Shown here in pieces: positions 1 to 9,247 of a stretch of 64,000 bases of DNA; the first letter of the stretch is position 1; the number at the start of each line of letters is the position of its first letter. The stretch is from Candidatus Multivorans sp. (GTDB lineage: Bacteria; Acidobacteriota; Thermoanaerobaculia; Multivoradales; Multivoraceae), in assembly GCA_965224025.1 (NCBI GenBank), contig OZ245033.1, forward strand, positions 576,001-640,000, in the 5' to 3' direction. Both the position numbers and the translations under genes were made by a program. The notes below the pieces were generated by a model. It worked only from the letters and a program-made list of their open reading frames with translations. It did no database searches and had not been told where the DNA came from.

Positions 1-34
1 CCGCGGACAGCGTCCTGGCGGCCACCGGCTTCAC
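1..34 (-). CDS. N-terminus of the next atp operon gene (probably the second F0 b subunit), runs off window
   Basis: GTG start overlaps the TGA of the b' gene (GTGA 34-31); identity inferred from operon order only. Confidence 0.35.
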   Translation of the reverse strand, partial: MKPVAARTLSA

Positions 35-453
35 GACGGCGCTCCCATCAGCTTCGCAGTCATCTCCGCGGCGAGGCGCTCGGCACGGACCTCGAGGGTC
101 CGGCGCTGTTCGGCCGTCTCCGCGTCCAGCGAGGCGATCGCCTGCTGGAGCTCCGCGTCCGCCTCCTGCCGCGCCTCGGCGACCATCCGTTCGCGCGCCT
201 GCTGCGCCTCGCGCCGCATCTCGTCGCGGCGGGTGGCCGCCTCGACCCGCGCTTCCTTCAGCGTCTCCCGCTGCTTCTCGATCCTCGCCTCGACTTCCGC
301 CTGGGCCCGGTCGAACGTCTCCTGCGCGGTCACGATCTCGCTGTCCCGCTCCCGAAGCATCTTCATGACCGGCCCGATGAGGAAGATCCGCACCACCACA
401 TAGGTGGCCCAGAAGATCGCCATGATGACCAGGAGGCTGGCGTCGAAGTCCAC
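31..453 (-). CDS. atpF: ATP synthase F0 subunit b/b'
   Basis: N-terminal TM helix, PV..ML.ER motif, long Ala/Glu/Arg coiled coil. Confidence 0.85.
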   Translation of the reverse strand: MDFDASLLVIMAIFWATYVVVRIFLIGPVMKMLRERDSEIVTAQETFDRAQAEVEARIEKQRETLKEARVEAATRRDEMRREAQQARERMVAEARQEADAELQQAIASLDAETAEQRRTLEVRAERLAAEMTAKLMGAPS

Positions 454-638
454 AGCTACTCGTCCCGCAGTCGTCCGGGTCTGTTTCTCTCGGGCTTAGT
501 GTTCCGGCGTTGATCCGGCTCGTCGTTCCGGGTCTTCGGGTTCCTGCGGAGCCGGTTCCTTCGGGCGGCTCGATACGCGAGCGCAGACCCCTACCAAGGG
601 CTGCCAACCTCTCTCGCCCAGAGCCCGAAAGCGGCGGT

Positions 639-667
639 AACGTAACACGGCTGCCAGGGGTGGTCAA
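639..667 (-). promoter_or_regulatory. sigma70-type promoter of the atp genes
   Basis: TTGACC-N17-TACGTT with extended -10 TG, about 180 nt upstream of the b' start. Confidence 0.6.
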
Positions 668-748
668 CGGCCGCGGCAAGCGACGGAAGCCGGGCGCCCA
701 AGTGCCGGGAGCGGCGGCGGATGTGGCCCTGAATGGCACCGCGGATTT

Positions 749-1270
749 CTACTCCAGTCGAAGACGTCCGCGGAGATTCTCGACTGCAGTGGAAACTCTG
801 GTAACCGGCCAAGCGGCCTGTACTCGCGATTCGACGGCCGAGCCTTCTTCCGGCAGCGACGCGAAACCCAAGGCGGCGGCGTTCTCTCGAACACGGCGGT
901 CGAAGGAGAGGATCCGCGCATCGGGTCTCAGACTTCGAACGACCAGGGCCGTCGCCAGGTGAATCGCGTCGAGCGCTCGCACCGGTTCGCACGGAAACGA
1001 GCGACGGGAGCGGTGAACGACTTCGGCGTCGATAGCGTGAAGCGTCCAGTGGGCGCAAGCCGTATCGACGAGCGCCTGCAGGAGTAACGACTGGCTAGCG
1101 GTGATGCGTCCCGCTTCGACCGCGCGCCGAAAGGTCCGATCACACTCGATGAGGGTCAGGTCGGAAGTATGAACCGCATCGGCCTCCGCGAGGCGAGATC
1201 GGGCCGTATGGCCGCGCTCCTCCTCAAGCAGCCAGGCCGTAACGGCGCTCGTCTCCACATACAGGTTCAC
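749..1270 (-). CDS. vapC: VapC-family PIN-domain toxin
   Basis: LYVETSA N-terminus and RALDAIHLATA motif; overlaps the upstream antitoxin by 4 bp. Confidence 0.88.
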   Translation of the reverse strand: MNLYVETSAVTAWLLEEERGHTARSRLAEADAVHTSDLTLIECDRTFRRAVEAGRITASQSLLLQALVDTACAHWTLHAIDAEVVHRSRRSFPCEPVRALDAIHLATALVVRSLRPDARILSFDRRVRENAAALGFASLPEEGSAVESRVQAAWPVTRVSTAVENLRGRLRLE

Positions 1271-1557
1271 CGCTCACCCCGCACCTCGTCCAACAGTTCC
1301 TGTACCACCTCGGAGGGCAGCCGGCACGGCGACTCGGGGTAGATATCCGGCCGATTCGGAGCACCCAGGCGAACGGCGCCCGAACGTGCCCGCTCTCGAA
1401 GTCCGGCCAAGGCCTGGTCTTCCGCCACATGCGTGGGCGGCCCGAGCTCGGCCACGATGCGGCCCCGGTGTGTAACTCCCACGCGCTCCCCTCGTTCCAC
1501 CATGCGGAGGTAAGCGCTCAGGTGATTCTTGATCTCCCGAACACCCGATGTCTTCAT
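1267..1557 (-). CDS. Phd/YefM-family antitoxin
   Basis: MKTSGVREIKNHLSAYLRMVERGERVGVTHRGRIVAEL; ATG at 1557 preferred over the ORF-track start at 1587. Confidence 0.88.
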   Translation of the reverse strand: MKTSGVREIKNHLSAYLRMVERGERVGVTHRGRIVAELGPPTHVAEDQALAGLRERARSGAVRLGAPNRPDIYPESPCRLPSEVVQELLDEVRGER

Positions 1558-1566
1558 CGCATGTCG

Positions 1567-1595
1567 AATGTAGACACATGCAGCCACAATGTCAA
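1567..1595 (-). promoter_or_regulatory. sigma70 promoter of the TA operon
   Basis: TTGACA-N17-TACATT, 9 nt before the antitoxin ATG. Confidence 0.7.
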
Positions 1596-1647
1596 CATGG
1601 TCAACCTGGTCGAAACCGGAATCTGGCGCAGCGAACGCCTTGCTCCC

Positions 1648-2448
1648 TCAGTACGCGGGCGAGACGGGGCACACGACGACAACCGTCGCGTTGTCCTGCC
1701 AGGGAGTCGCCCGCTGCTCGATCCGCCCGAGGATCGCCTCGGCGATCCGCGACGCCCCCGCTGCTCGGTACTGGCCGCAGGTCGCTGCGACCTCCTCATC
1801 GGACAGCGTCTCGATGCCGTCGCTTGCGAGAACGACGGTGTCGCCCGCAGCCAGGTCCCGTTCGCCCTCGGCCGCCTCGCCGAGCGGCAGGCCCATCACG
1901 GCGCTGGTGATCGCGGCCCGATCAGGATGAAGAGCGGCGCGCAGCGCGCTGATCTCGCGGCGTGCGGCCCGGGCGTCGAGTTCGCGGCCGTAGGTGTGGA
2001 GCGGATTGACGCGCTCCAGCTCGCCGCCGCGCCAGTGGAGGATGTGCGAATCGCCGATGCTGAGCCAGCGGACGCGGTCCTCGAAGAACAGGGCGGCCAC
2101 CAGGGTGGACCCCATGCCCTGAAGCGACGGGTCGGCCTCCATGGCTGTCCTCACTGCCTGGTTCGCGTGGGCTAGCGCGGGGCGCAAGCACTCGGCCAGA
2201 GGCTTCGTGATCAGCGGGTAGCTGCCGACGAAGTTCCGGATCGTGATCCGGCTCGCCTGGTCGCCTGCCGGCAGGCCCCCCATGCCGTCGGCGACCGCCG
2301 CGAGCAGCGGCGCCTCGCCGGTTGCGTCGTCCGACACGACATGGACGCTCCAGGAGTCTTCCTGGCGCTTGCGCGCGCCGATCATGCTGGCCGCCGCGAA
2401 GTGGCGGCCTTCGATCATGCGTTCCGGAGGTTGAACGCTGGAAGGCAT
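1648..2448 (-). CDS. PP2C-family protein phosphatase
   Basis: RKRQED, AVADGMGG, GMGSTL, SIGDS, LASDG, QDNAT motifs; start 2448 or 2418 (the upstream part of the 539-aa ORF is an antisense shadow of ftcD). Confidence 0.88.
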   Translation of the reverse strand: MPSSVQPPERMIEGRHFAAASMIGARKRQEDSWSVHVVSDDATGEAPLLAAVADGMGGLPAGDQASRITIRNFVGSYPLITKPLAECLRPALAHANQAVRTAMEADPSLQGMGSTLVAALFFEDRVRWLSIGDSHILHWRGGELERVNPLHTYGRELDARAARREISALRAALHPDRAAITSAVMGLPLGEAAEGERDLAAGDTVVLASDGIETLSDEEVAATCGQYRAAGASRIAEAILGRIEQRATPWQDNATVVVVCPVSPAY

Positions 2449-2538
2449 GTAGCTTCCGGAAGCTAGCGCAGACGCGGTCGCCGCTTCTCGGCAGGCCGAT
2501 GGGGCGCCGGCGCACCGACACTCGGCTAGCCTGACTTC

Positions 2539-3420
2539 ATGGTCCGCCTGGAATGCGTCCCCAACATCAGCGAGGGGCGGCGCGGAGACGTAGTCGACGC
2601 CTGCGTGCGGGCCGCGTCGATGCCCGGCGTGCGAGTTCTCGACGTGTCCTCGGACCCGGACCACAACCGGACCGTGCTGACCCTGCTGGGCGAGGCCGAC
2701 GAGCTCGTGGCGGCCGTCGAGGGCCTTGCGGTCACGGCGACCGAGTGCATCGACGTTGCCGGTCACCAAGGCGTTCATCCCTTTCTCGGAGCCCTGGATG
2801 TCGTGCCGTTCGTGCCGCTGGAAAACGACGCGATGCCGGCGGCGATCGAGGCCGCGCATCGCGCGGGGGACGCGATCGCAGGGCTTGGTCTGCCCGTGTT
2901 CCTCTACGGCGAGGCCGCCTCGGCGCCGGCGCGAGCCGCCCTTGCCGACCATCGGCGCGGCGGCTTGGCGTGCCTTGCGGAGCGGATGGCGAGCGGCGAG
3001 TGGCAGCCGGATTGCGGTCCGAACCGGCTTCACCCAGCCGGCGGCGCGGTGTGCGTCGGCGCGCGGGCGCCCCTGGTGGCCTTCAACCTGCTGCTCGACA
3101 CGGACCAGGTCGCCGCGGCGAAGCGGATTGCGTCGGCGCTGCGCGAGTCCGGCGACGGTCCGCCGGGCGTGCGCGCCCTCGGCTTCTTTCTCGAAGGCCG
3201 TGGACGGGCCCAGGTCAGCGTCAACCTGACGGACTGCGACCGGACGTCGTTGCTCGACGTGGTCCACCGGGCGGACGAACTGGCGGCTGCTGCCGGCGTC
3301 CGGGTCGTCGAGACGGAGTTGATCGGGCTGGCGCCGCGCCGTGTGGTGCCGCAGAGCGGCGCAGCGGCGCTGCGGCTACCCGGGCTCTCTGCGCGGCAGA
3401 TCATCGAGACTCACTTCTAG
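2539..3420 (+). CDS. ftcD: glutamate formimidoyltransferase
   Basis: ECVPNISEGR, SDPDHNRTV, HQGVHP.LGALDVVPFVPL, AQVSVNL. Confidence 0.92.
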   Translation: MVRLECVPNISEGRRGDVVDACVRAASMPGVRVLDVSSDPDHNRTVLTLLGEADELVAAVEGLAVTATECIDVAGHQGVHPFLGALDVVPFVPLENDAMPAAIEAAHRAGDAIAGLGLPVFLYGEAASAPARAALADHRRGGLACLAERMASGEWQPDCGPNRLHPAGGAVCVGARAPLVAFNLLLDTDQVAAAKRIASALRESGDGPPGVRALGFFLEGRGRAQVSVNLTDCDRTSLLDVVHRADELAAAAGVRVVETELIGLAPRRVVPQSGAAALRLPGLSARQIIETHF

Positions 3421-4797
3421 CCGCCCCGGCATGCCGTCGAACGATCCGGACGACATCGTGACCAGGACGTCGCCGGGCCGGGCTTCCGCCAGGGCCTTCT
3501 CAAGAAGCACATCGTTCGATTCGCAGGCCGTCGCCTCGGCCCCGAGTGACCCGATGTCCGCCGCCAACTTCTCCGGGTCGAAGCCATCCTCGCCCAGGCG
3601 CACGCGGTGGAACACTGGGGCCAGAAACACGCGGTCGGCCGACGCCAGCGCGGCCGCGAGATCGGCGGCGAACTGACGGCGGCCCGCGCTCAGGCTCCGC
3701 GGCTCGAACAGGGCGACCAGCCGGCGGCCGGGGAACCGCTGGCGGAGTGCCGAGAGCGACGCCGCGATCTCCGACGCATGGTGAGCGAAGTCGTCGATGA
3801 CGACCACGCCCTCGGTCTCCCCAACGACTTCGAGCCGGCGCTTCACGCCGCGGAACGTGGCCAGGGCCTCCAGCACGGCCTTGGGATCCAGACCGTCGGC
3901 CCGTGCCGCGATCCAGACCGCGGTCGCGTTCGCGGCGTTGTGTTCGCCCCAGACGCCGAGTTCGATCCGCTGGCGGTCGCCCGCCTCTTCCAGCTCGAAC
4001 GAGATGCCGTTCTCGCCGCTCTGGACCGGACCGGCGAGCCGCACGTCGGCCGCCCCATCGCCGGAAGTCCCGGCGCCGTAGGTCACGACGCGGCACTGGC
4101 TCGCGCCAGCCACTCGCTCGACAGTCGGGTAGTCGGCGCAGGCGATGAGAAGCCCGGCGGGCGGCAACCGCTCGACCAGTCCGAGAAAGGCCCGTTCCAA
4201 CCCTTCGAAGTCGGGATAGAGGTCGACATGGTCGTGCTCCAGGCTGGTCAGGATCACGGCCTCCGGCCGGTAGTGCCAGAACTTCGGGCCGCGATCGAAG
4301 TAGGAGGCGTTGTACTCGTCGCCCTCGATCGCGAAGCGCGGTCCGCCGCCGAGCGCGAATCCGGCCGGCAGGCCGATCGGCGCGCCGCCGACGAGATAGC
4401 CGGGATCGGCGCCGGCGCGGGAGTAGACCCAGGCCGCCATCGCGGTGGTCGTCGTCTTGCCGTGGCTGCCGGCGATGACCAGCGGCCGCCGGTCCCGGAG
4501 CACGAACCGGTCGAGCGCTTCGGGCATCGACAGCCGCGGCAGGCCGAGTTCTTCGGTCGCCACCGCCTCTGGGTTGGTGCGCGGGACCGCGTTGCCGACG
4601 ATCACCAGGTCCGGCCGCGGCGAAAGATGGGCCGGGTCGTAGCCGACCAGGGGTTCGATGCCGGCATCGGCCAGCAGTTCGCTGGTCGGCGGATAGAGCG
4701 GCCCGTCCGAGCCGCGCACCTGGTGGCCAAGTTCCCGCAGCAGGCAGGCGAGCGGCGCCATGCCGGTGCCCCCGATCGCGATCAGGTGGATGTCCAA
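3376..4797 (-). CDS. mpl: murein peptide ligase (Mpl/MurC family)
   Basis: IAIGGTGM, AGSHGKTTTT, IEGDEY, DRGPKF, GVKRR, DDFAHH, FEPRS, MSSGSF. Confidence 0.85.
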   Translation of the reverse strand: MDIHLIAIGGTGMAPLACLLRELGHQVRGSDGPLYPPTSELLADAGIEPLVGYDPAHLSPRPDLVIVGNAVPRTNPEAVATEELGLPRLSMPEALDRFVLRDRRPLVIAGSHGKTTTTAMAAWVYSRAGADPGYLVGGAPIGLPAGFALGGGPRFAIEGDEYNASYFDRGPKFWHYRPEAVILTSLEHDHVDLYPDFEGLERAFLGLVERLPPAGLLIACADYPTVERVAGASQCRVVTYGAGTSGDGAADVRLAGPVQSGENGISFELEEAGDRQRIELGVWGEHNAANATAVWIAARADGLDPKAVLEALATFRGVKRRLEVVGETEGVVVIDDFAHHASEIAASLSALRQRFPGRRLVALFEPRSLSAGRRQFAADLAAALASADRVFLAPVFHRVRLGEDGFDPEKLAADIGSLGAEATACESNDVLLEKALAEARPGDVLVTMSSGSFDGMPGRLEVSLDDLPRREPG

Positions 4798-4799
4798 GG

Positions 4800-5642
4800 C
4801 TACGAGCGAGGAGGTCGACCCCAGAGACTGGCCTCGTCCCGGGTCGCGGCCGGCCCTCGCCGGCGGCGTTTCAGGGCGTCGTCCACCTCAACCAGCCGTT
4901 CCGAGAGGGTGCTCCGCTGCAGTTCCGTCAGATCGGCGATCCCCGCGAGGGCGAGATCGAGCAGGCCGTCGAACTCCGGCCGCGTGAACACCCGGCCCTC
5001 CGCGGTGCCCTGCACCTCGATCAGGCTGCCGTCGCCGGTCGCCACCACGTTCAGGTCGACCTGGGCGTCCCGATCCTCGACGTACTCGAGATCGAGCAGC
5101 AGTTCGTCCTCACAGATGCCGACCGACACCGCGGCCACGGAGTGAACCAGCGGCCACTTCTTCAGATCGCCCTCGAGCAGCATCTTCGCGAGCGCCGCGA
5201 CGACGGCGACGTAGGCGCCGGTGATCGACGCCGTCCGGGTGCCGCCGTCGGCCTGGATCACGTCGCAGTCGACGGCGATCGTGACTTCCGGGAGCTTGCG
5301 CAGGTTGACCGCGGACCTGAGCGAACGGCCGATCAGGCGCTGGATCTCCGATGTGCGGCCCGAAGGCCGGCCGCGCGACACTTCCCGCCTCGAGCGGGTC
5401 AGCGTCGCGCGCGGCAACATCGCGTACTCAGCGGTCAGCCACCCCTGGCCCTTGCCGACCAGGAAGGGCGGTACCCGGCGCTCGACGCTGGCGGAACAAA
5501 GCACCCTGGTGTCGCCGCACTCCACCAGCGCGGACCCCTCGGCGAACTTCATCGCGTCCAGCTCGATCGACACCGGGCGCAGGGCCGAGGCCGACCGCCC
5601 GCCGCTGCGTACGAAGCCGCCTGATCGTTCTGCTCCAGTCAC
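4800..5642 (-). CDS. rph: ribonuclease PH
   Basis: [45 protein letters not shown]; GTG start overlaps the murI stop. Confidence 0.95.
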   Translation of the reverse strand: MTGAERSGGFVRSGGRSASALRPVSIELDAMKFAEGSALVECGDTRVLCSASVERRVPPFLVGKGQGWLTAEYAMLPRATLTRSRREVSRGRPSGRTSEIQRLIGRSLRSAVNLRKLPEVTIAVDCDVIQADGGTRTASITGAYVAVVAALAKMLLEGDLKKWPLVHSVAAVSVGICEDELLLDLEYVEDRDAQVDLNVVATGDGSLIEVQGTAEGRVFTRPEFDGLLDLALAGIADLTELQRSTLSERLVEVDDALKRRRRGPAATRDEASLWGRPPRS

Positions 5643-6469
5643 CGTACTACCTCCTGAGGTTGCATCTCGGCCTGGTTCACGTCGATCCACTCCAGGGCGA
5701 CGGGTTCGCCGAGAATCCGCTCCGCGAGTCTCGCAAAGCGGGAACCCGCGTCGGTGGCGAAGAGTCTCACACTTGGCTTGTGCGGCGCACACCCACGGCG
5801 CCAGCCAGCCCGCCGAAGCCGCTGCTCCACCGCCAGGCTCGTCGATTCAGCCGAGTCCACGAGGGTCACGCCCGGCCCGCAGGCCCGCGCCAGCACGCCG
5901 CGCAGCAACGGGTAGTGGGTGCAGCCGAGGAGCAGGATGTCGATCTCCGCTTCGAGCAGCGGTTCGAGGTAGCGGGCGACGATCCGTTCCGTGATCTCGT
6001 CGTCCTCCCAGCCCTCCTCGACCAGGGGCACGAGCAGCGGGCAGGCCTGCTGACTCACCCGCAGCTCCGGGTTCAGCCGCCGGATCGCGTGCTCGTACGC
6101 GCCCGACCGGACGGTCGACTCGGTGGCGATCACGCCGACGTGCCGGCCCGCAACCGCCACCGCGGCCGACGCTCCCGGCTCCAGCACGCCCCAGTGCGGG
6201 GTCCGCACGTCCAGGTCCTCGAGCGCCATCGCCGAGGCCGTGTTGCAGGCGACGACGAGAGCGTCGACTCCGTTCCGCTCCAGGAAGTCCACGTTGGCCT
6301 GCGAGTAGCGAAGCACCGTACGCCGCGACTTCGTGCCGTAGGGCAGGCGCGCTGTATCGCCGAGGTAGAGGATCGAAGCGGCGGGCAGGCGCCTTCGCAG
6401 CGCGGCGACCACGGTGAGGCCGCCGACGCCCGAGTCGAAGACGCCGATCAGGGGCTCGGAACCGGACAC
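5639..6469 (-). CDS. murI: glutamate racemase
   Basis: [36 protein letters not shown]. Confidence 0.95.
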   Translation of the reverse strand: MSGSEPLIGVFDSGVGGLTVVAALRRRLPAASILYLGDTARLPYGTKSRRTVLRYSQANVDFLERNGVDALVVACNTASAMALEDLDVRTPHWGVLEPGASAAVAVAGRHVGVIATESTVRSGAYEHAIRRLNPELRVSQQACPLLVPLVEEGWEDDEITERIVARYLEPLLEAEIDILLLGCTHYPLLRGVLARACGPGVTLVDSAESTSLAVEQRLRRAGWRRGCAPHKPSVRLFATDAGSRFARLAERILGEPVALEWIDVNQAEMQPQEVVR

Positions 6470-6471
6470 GG

Positions 6472-7146
6472 TCAGATGCCGCCCGCCGGCGCCGCGTTCC
6501 GGGACAGGTCGGCCATCAGGGGACGGGCCGTGTCGACGTGACCGGCGAAGGTCGGCCGCTGCTCGCCGTTCCACATCAGCACCACCCGATCCACCCCCAG
6601 GTTGTTCGCGGTCAGACTGTTCACGAGACTGTAGACGGCGAGGAGTTCCTCGGTCAGTCCCATCGCCGGCCGTTCCAGACCCACCGCCGACCGGCCCGTT
6701 GTGCCGGCGGCCCCAGTTCTGGAAGCGACCTCGACGGTCGTCAGGTCGACATAGGCCACGCCGTCGAGCAGTTCCACCGCCAGGAGCCGGACCCCGGCCG
6801 GTAGAGCCGGCAACAACTCTTCGTTGGGCTCAGGCGGCTCGCCGGCGTCATCCGCATCGCCGGAGACCGTGACCACGGCCCCGGCCTCGCCTGGACCCGC
6901 GATCAGTGCTTCGACGATGACGGCAGCCGTTTCCTCCACGCTGTCCGCGGCCCGGATCGGCCGCTGGTCGCAGCGAAGCAACCCAAGGGCACTCGGGAAG
7001 CACAGCGTGGCCAGGAAGGCCTCGCCCGGAGCCACGAGTTCCACTTCGCCGTCGCCATCGCCGTCCCCGTTCCGGCCCGAGCCGCCGCAACCGGCCAGCA
7101 GCATCAGGACAACAACCGAACAGAGGCCCGCTCGCGCGGGAATCAT
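6472..7146 (-). CDS. GerMN-domain lipoprotein
   Basis: LAGC lipobox, EALIAGP, AYVDL, VYSLVNSLT, FAGHVD; sits between amidase and murI. Confidence 0.85.
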   Translation of the reverse strand: MIPARAGLCSVVVLMLLAGCGGSGRNGDGDGDGEVELVAPGEAFLATLCFPSALGLLRCDQRPIRAADSVEETAAVIVEALIAGPGEAGAVVTVSGDADDAGEPPEPNEELLPALPAGVRLLAVELLDGVAYVDLTTVEVASRTGAAGTTGRSAVGLERPAMGLTEELLAVYSLVNSLTANNLGVDRVVLMWNGEQRPTFAGHVDTARPLMADLSRNAAPAGGI

Positions 7147-9017
7147 GATCCCGCCCCGTCGGCGGCAGCCTCGGCGGTGCCCGCGGCGACGCCACGGTAG
7201 AGGCGGATCGCCCGCCCGATCGCCTCGATCAACTCCCGGCGGTACGACTCGTCGAGCAGCGGCGTTGCTTCCTCGTCACGGCCCAGAGAACCGAGTTCGA
7301 TCAGGACCGCAGGCATCGAAGCGCCGGTCAGCACGCGCAGCGGGGCGCGACCGACACGGCGGTTCGGCTGCTCGAGTGCGTCGCTGACATGGCTCTGAAT
7401 CAGCCGTGCCAGGAGTCCGCTTCGTTCGAGCTGACCGTCCTGCACCCGCTCCCACAGTTCAAGCACCGGGACGGCGACCGGGATCTCCTGCTCGTCGTCT
7501 GCCATCCGAGCGCCCGCGGACGGGCGCTCGGACTGGTTCGCGTCTTGCTCGTTCCCTCGCAAGCCGGGTTCCATCTCGTCGCCCGGATCGTCGAACGCGT
7601 CCTCCTCGAAAGCGTCCGGGTCGAGATTCTCTTCTCCAACCGGCTTGCCCCACTCGCCATCCTCGATCGGCTCTTCGGCCGTCTCGAAGAGTGCCGGCGG
7701 CGGATCGAGGACGTAGGTCTGAAACCCGTCGTCCGAAGCCCACGCGGAGCCCGGACTCACGTGCAGCGACAGAAACAGATCGGCCCTGCGCTGGTTCGCC
7801 ACCGCGGTCCGGTTCTCGAGCGTCACGTCGCTGTCATCGGTTCGGGTCAGCACGACCCGCGCTCCCAGGCTGTTCGTCAGGTGCGATCTCAGTTCCCGCG
7901 CGATCGTAAGAACCAGGTCCTTCTCGGTGACGCCGGAGGCGGCCGACACGCCCGTGTCCGCGCCGCCGTGGCCCGGGTCGAGGACGATGCGGAACTCTCC
8001 CGTTTCTTCGTCGCGCCGGGACAGCGCGCGCGGCGTGCGTCCCATCCGGTCCCGAGTGATGTCCATGACGAGTTGAACCCGAGGCGGACGTCCGAGGATG
8101 TACGGCTCCGATGCCTCCGCCCGCGGCGCCAGACCGATGTCGATCGAGCGTTCGCGCACTTCCAGCCAGCGCACCAGAGGATCGTTCAGCCGGACGCGCG
8201 GCCGCGGCGCCATGACGCTGCTCAGAAGTCGGAGCCGCACGCCTCCACGGTACTCATCGACGCGGTAGCGGGGCCGGCCCGAGAACGTCACGACCAGCGT
8301 CGTCGCGCCAAGATCGTGGACGCGGTCCACTTCGACCGCGAGCCGGCGTTCGCCGGTCTTCGAAACCTCCAGAATCCCGCGTCTGCGATCGAAGTCGAAC
8401 CGGAATCCCTGCTCTGCCGGATAGGCCCGGGCCAGCGCGTCGACCGGCACGTACAGGTGCCGCGGCGGCAGCTCGATGGGCGGCAGTTCGGGCGCCGGCT
8501 CATCGGCGTCTGCCCCTTCGGAACCGGCGTCCACGTCGTCGTCGGAATCGTCCTTCGGGCGCAGGTGCTCGGGAAGCTCCGGCTCGGGCTCGAGCCACGG
8601 CTTGATCGACAGGGTGTGCATCTCGCCGTCCACCAGGACGACCCTGCCCAACGGCCCAAGCACCACCTCGCGACCGGCGACGCGCAGCGTGTGCGCCTCG
8701 CCCAGGGGACCGATCTCCAGCTCGCCTCCCAGCACCTCCACCACCGGCGCAAGGGCGACCAGGGGGCCGAACGAGGATTCCGCCCAGGGCAGCGGCGCGC
8801 GCTGCCGGCCTACTGCAATGGTCCCCTCGTCCCGCGAGAGAATCTGCGTCTCGGGCTCGTCGTCGGCCTGCGCCCAGGCCGCTTCAAGCGGCACGAGCGC
8901 CAAGGCGCCTACGAGCAGTCCACGTTGAAGCGCCGAAACGCTTCGCCGCTTCGCGGCGTCGCGCCTGATGCGGACCAGAAGATCCGCGCACGCAGAGACA
9001 CGCCGTTGCCGAGCCAC
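7143..9017 (-). CDS. N-acetylmuramoyl-L-alanine amidase (Amidase_3) with N-terminal accessory domains
   Basis: IVLDPGHGG.D.G, EKDLVL, LTRTDD, RTAVAN, DLFLSLH, MPAVLIELG; start uncertain because the first codons overlap a repeat copy. Confidence 0.88.
   Translation of the reverse strand: MARQRRVSACADLLVRIRRDAAKRRSVSALQRGLLVGALALVPLEAAWAQADDEPETQILSRDEGTIAVGRQRAPLPWAESSFGPLVALAPVVEVLGGELEIGPLGEAHTLRVAGREVVLGPLGRVVLVDGEMHTLSIKPWLEPEPELPEHLRPKDDSDDDVDAGSEGADADEPAPELPPIELPPRHLYVPVDALARAYPAEQGFRFDFDRRRGILEVSKTGERRLAVEVDRVHDLGATTLVVTFSGRPRYRVDEYRGGVRLRLLSSVMAPRPRVRLNDPLVRWLEVRERSIDIGLAPRAEASEPYILGRPPRVQLVMDITRDRMGRTPRALSRRDEETGEFRIVLDPGHGGADTGVSAASGVTEKDLVLTIARELRSHLTNSLGARVVLTRTDDSDVTLENRTAVANQRRADLFLSLHVSPGSAWASDDGFQTYVLDPPPALFETAEEPIEDGEWGKPVGEENLDPDAFEEDAFDDPGDEMEPGLRGNEQDANQSERPSAGARMADDEQEIPVAVPVLELWERVQDGQLERSGLLARLIQSHVSDALEQPNRRVGRAPLRVLTGASMPAVLIELGSLGRDEEATPLLDESYRRELIEAIGRAIRLYRGVAAGTAEAAADGAGS
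8944..9002 (+). repeat. degenerate REP/MITE-like repeat copy
   Basis: CGCCGCTTCGCGGC...GATGCGGACCAGAAGATCCGCGCACGCAGAGACACG aligns with 28651-28711. Confidence 0.7.
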
Positions 9018-9118
9018 TACGGCAACCTAACACCACGGCCCGAAGGTCTGATTCCGGGCCCGTTGAACCGAACCACCTACGCGGCGCTGTGTTATCTTTC
9101 GCGGCCCTGCGCACGCGT

Positions 9119-9194
9119 GGCCCGTTCGTCTAGGGGTCTAGGACGCTGGCCTCTCACGCCAGTAACACGGGTTCGAATCCCGTACGGGCTACCA
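9119..9194 (+). tRNA. tRNA-Glu(CTC)
   Basis: 76-nt cloverleaf: acceptor GGCCCGT/ACGGGCT, anticodon arm CTGGC-CTCTCAC-GCCAG, GGTTCGAATCC T-arm, encoded CCA. Confidence 0.96.
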
Positions 9195-9231
9195 ACGCGC
9201 CGTCAGGCGCGTTTGCAGCCCGTACGGGATT
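9176..9231. repeat. 26-bp inverted repeat overlapping the tRNA 3' end
   Basis: Arms 9176-9201 and 9206-9231 match 24/26 around a GTCA loop. Confidence 0.85.
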
Positions 9232-9247
9232 GCGGCGGCCTCGGCGG

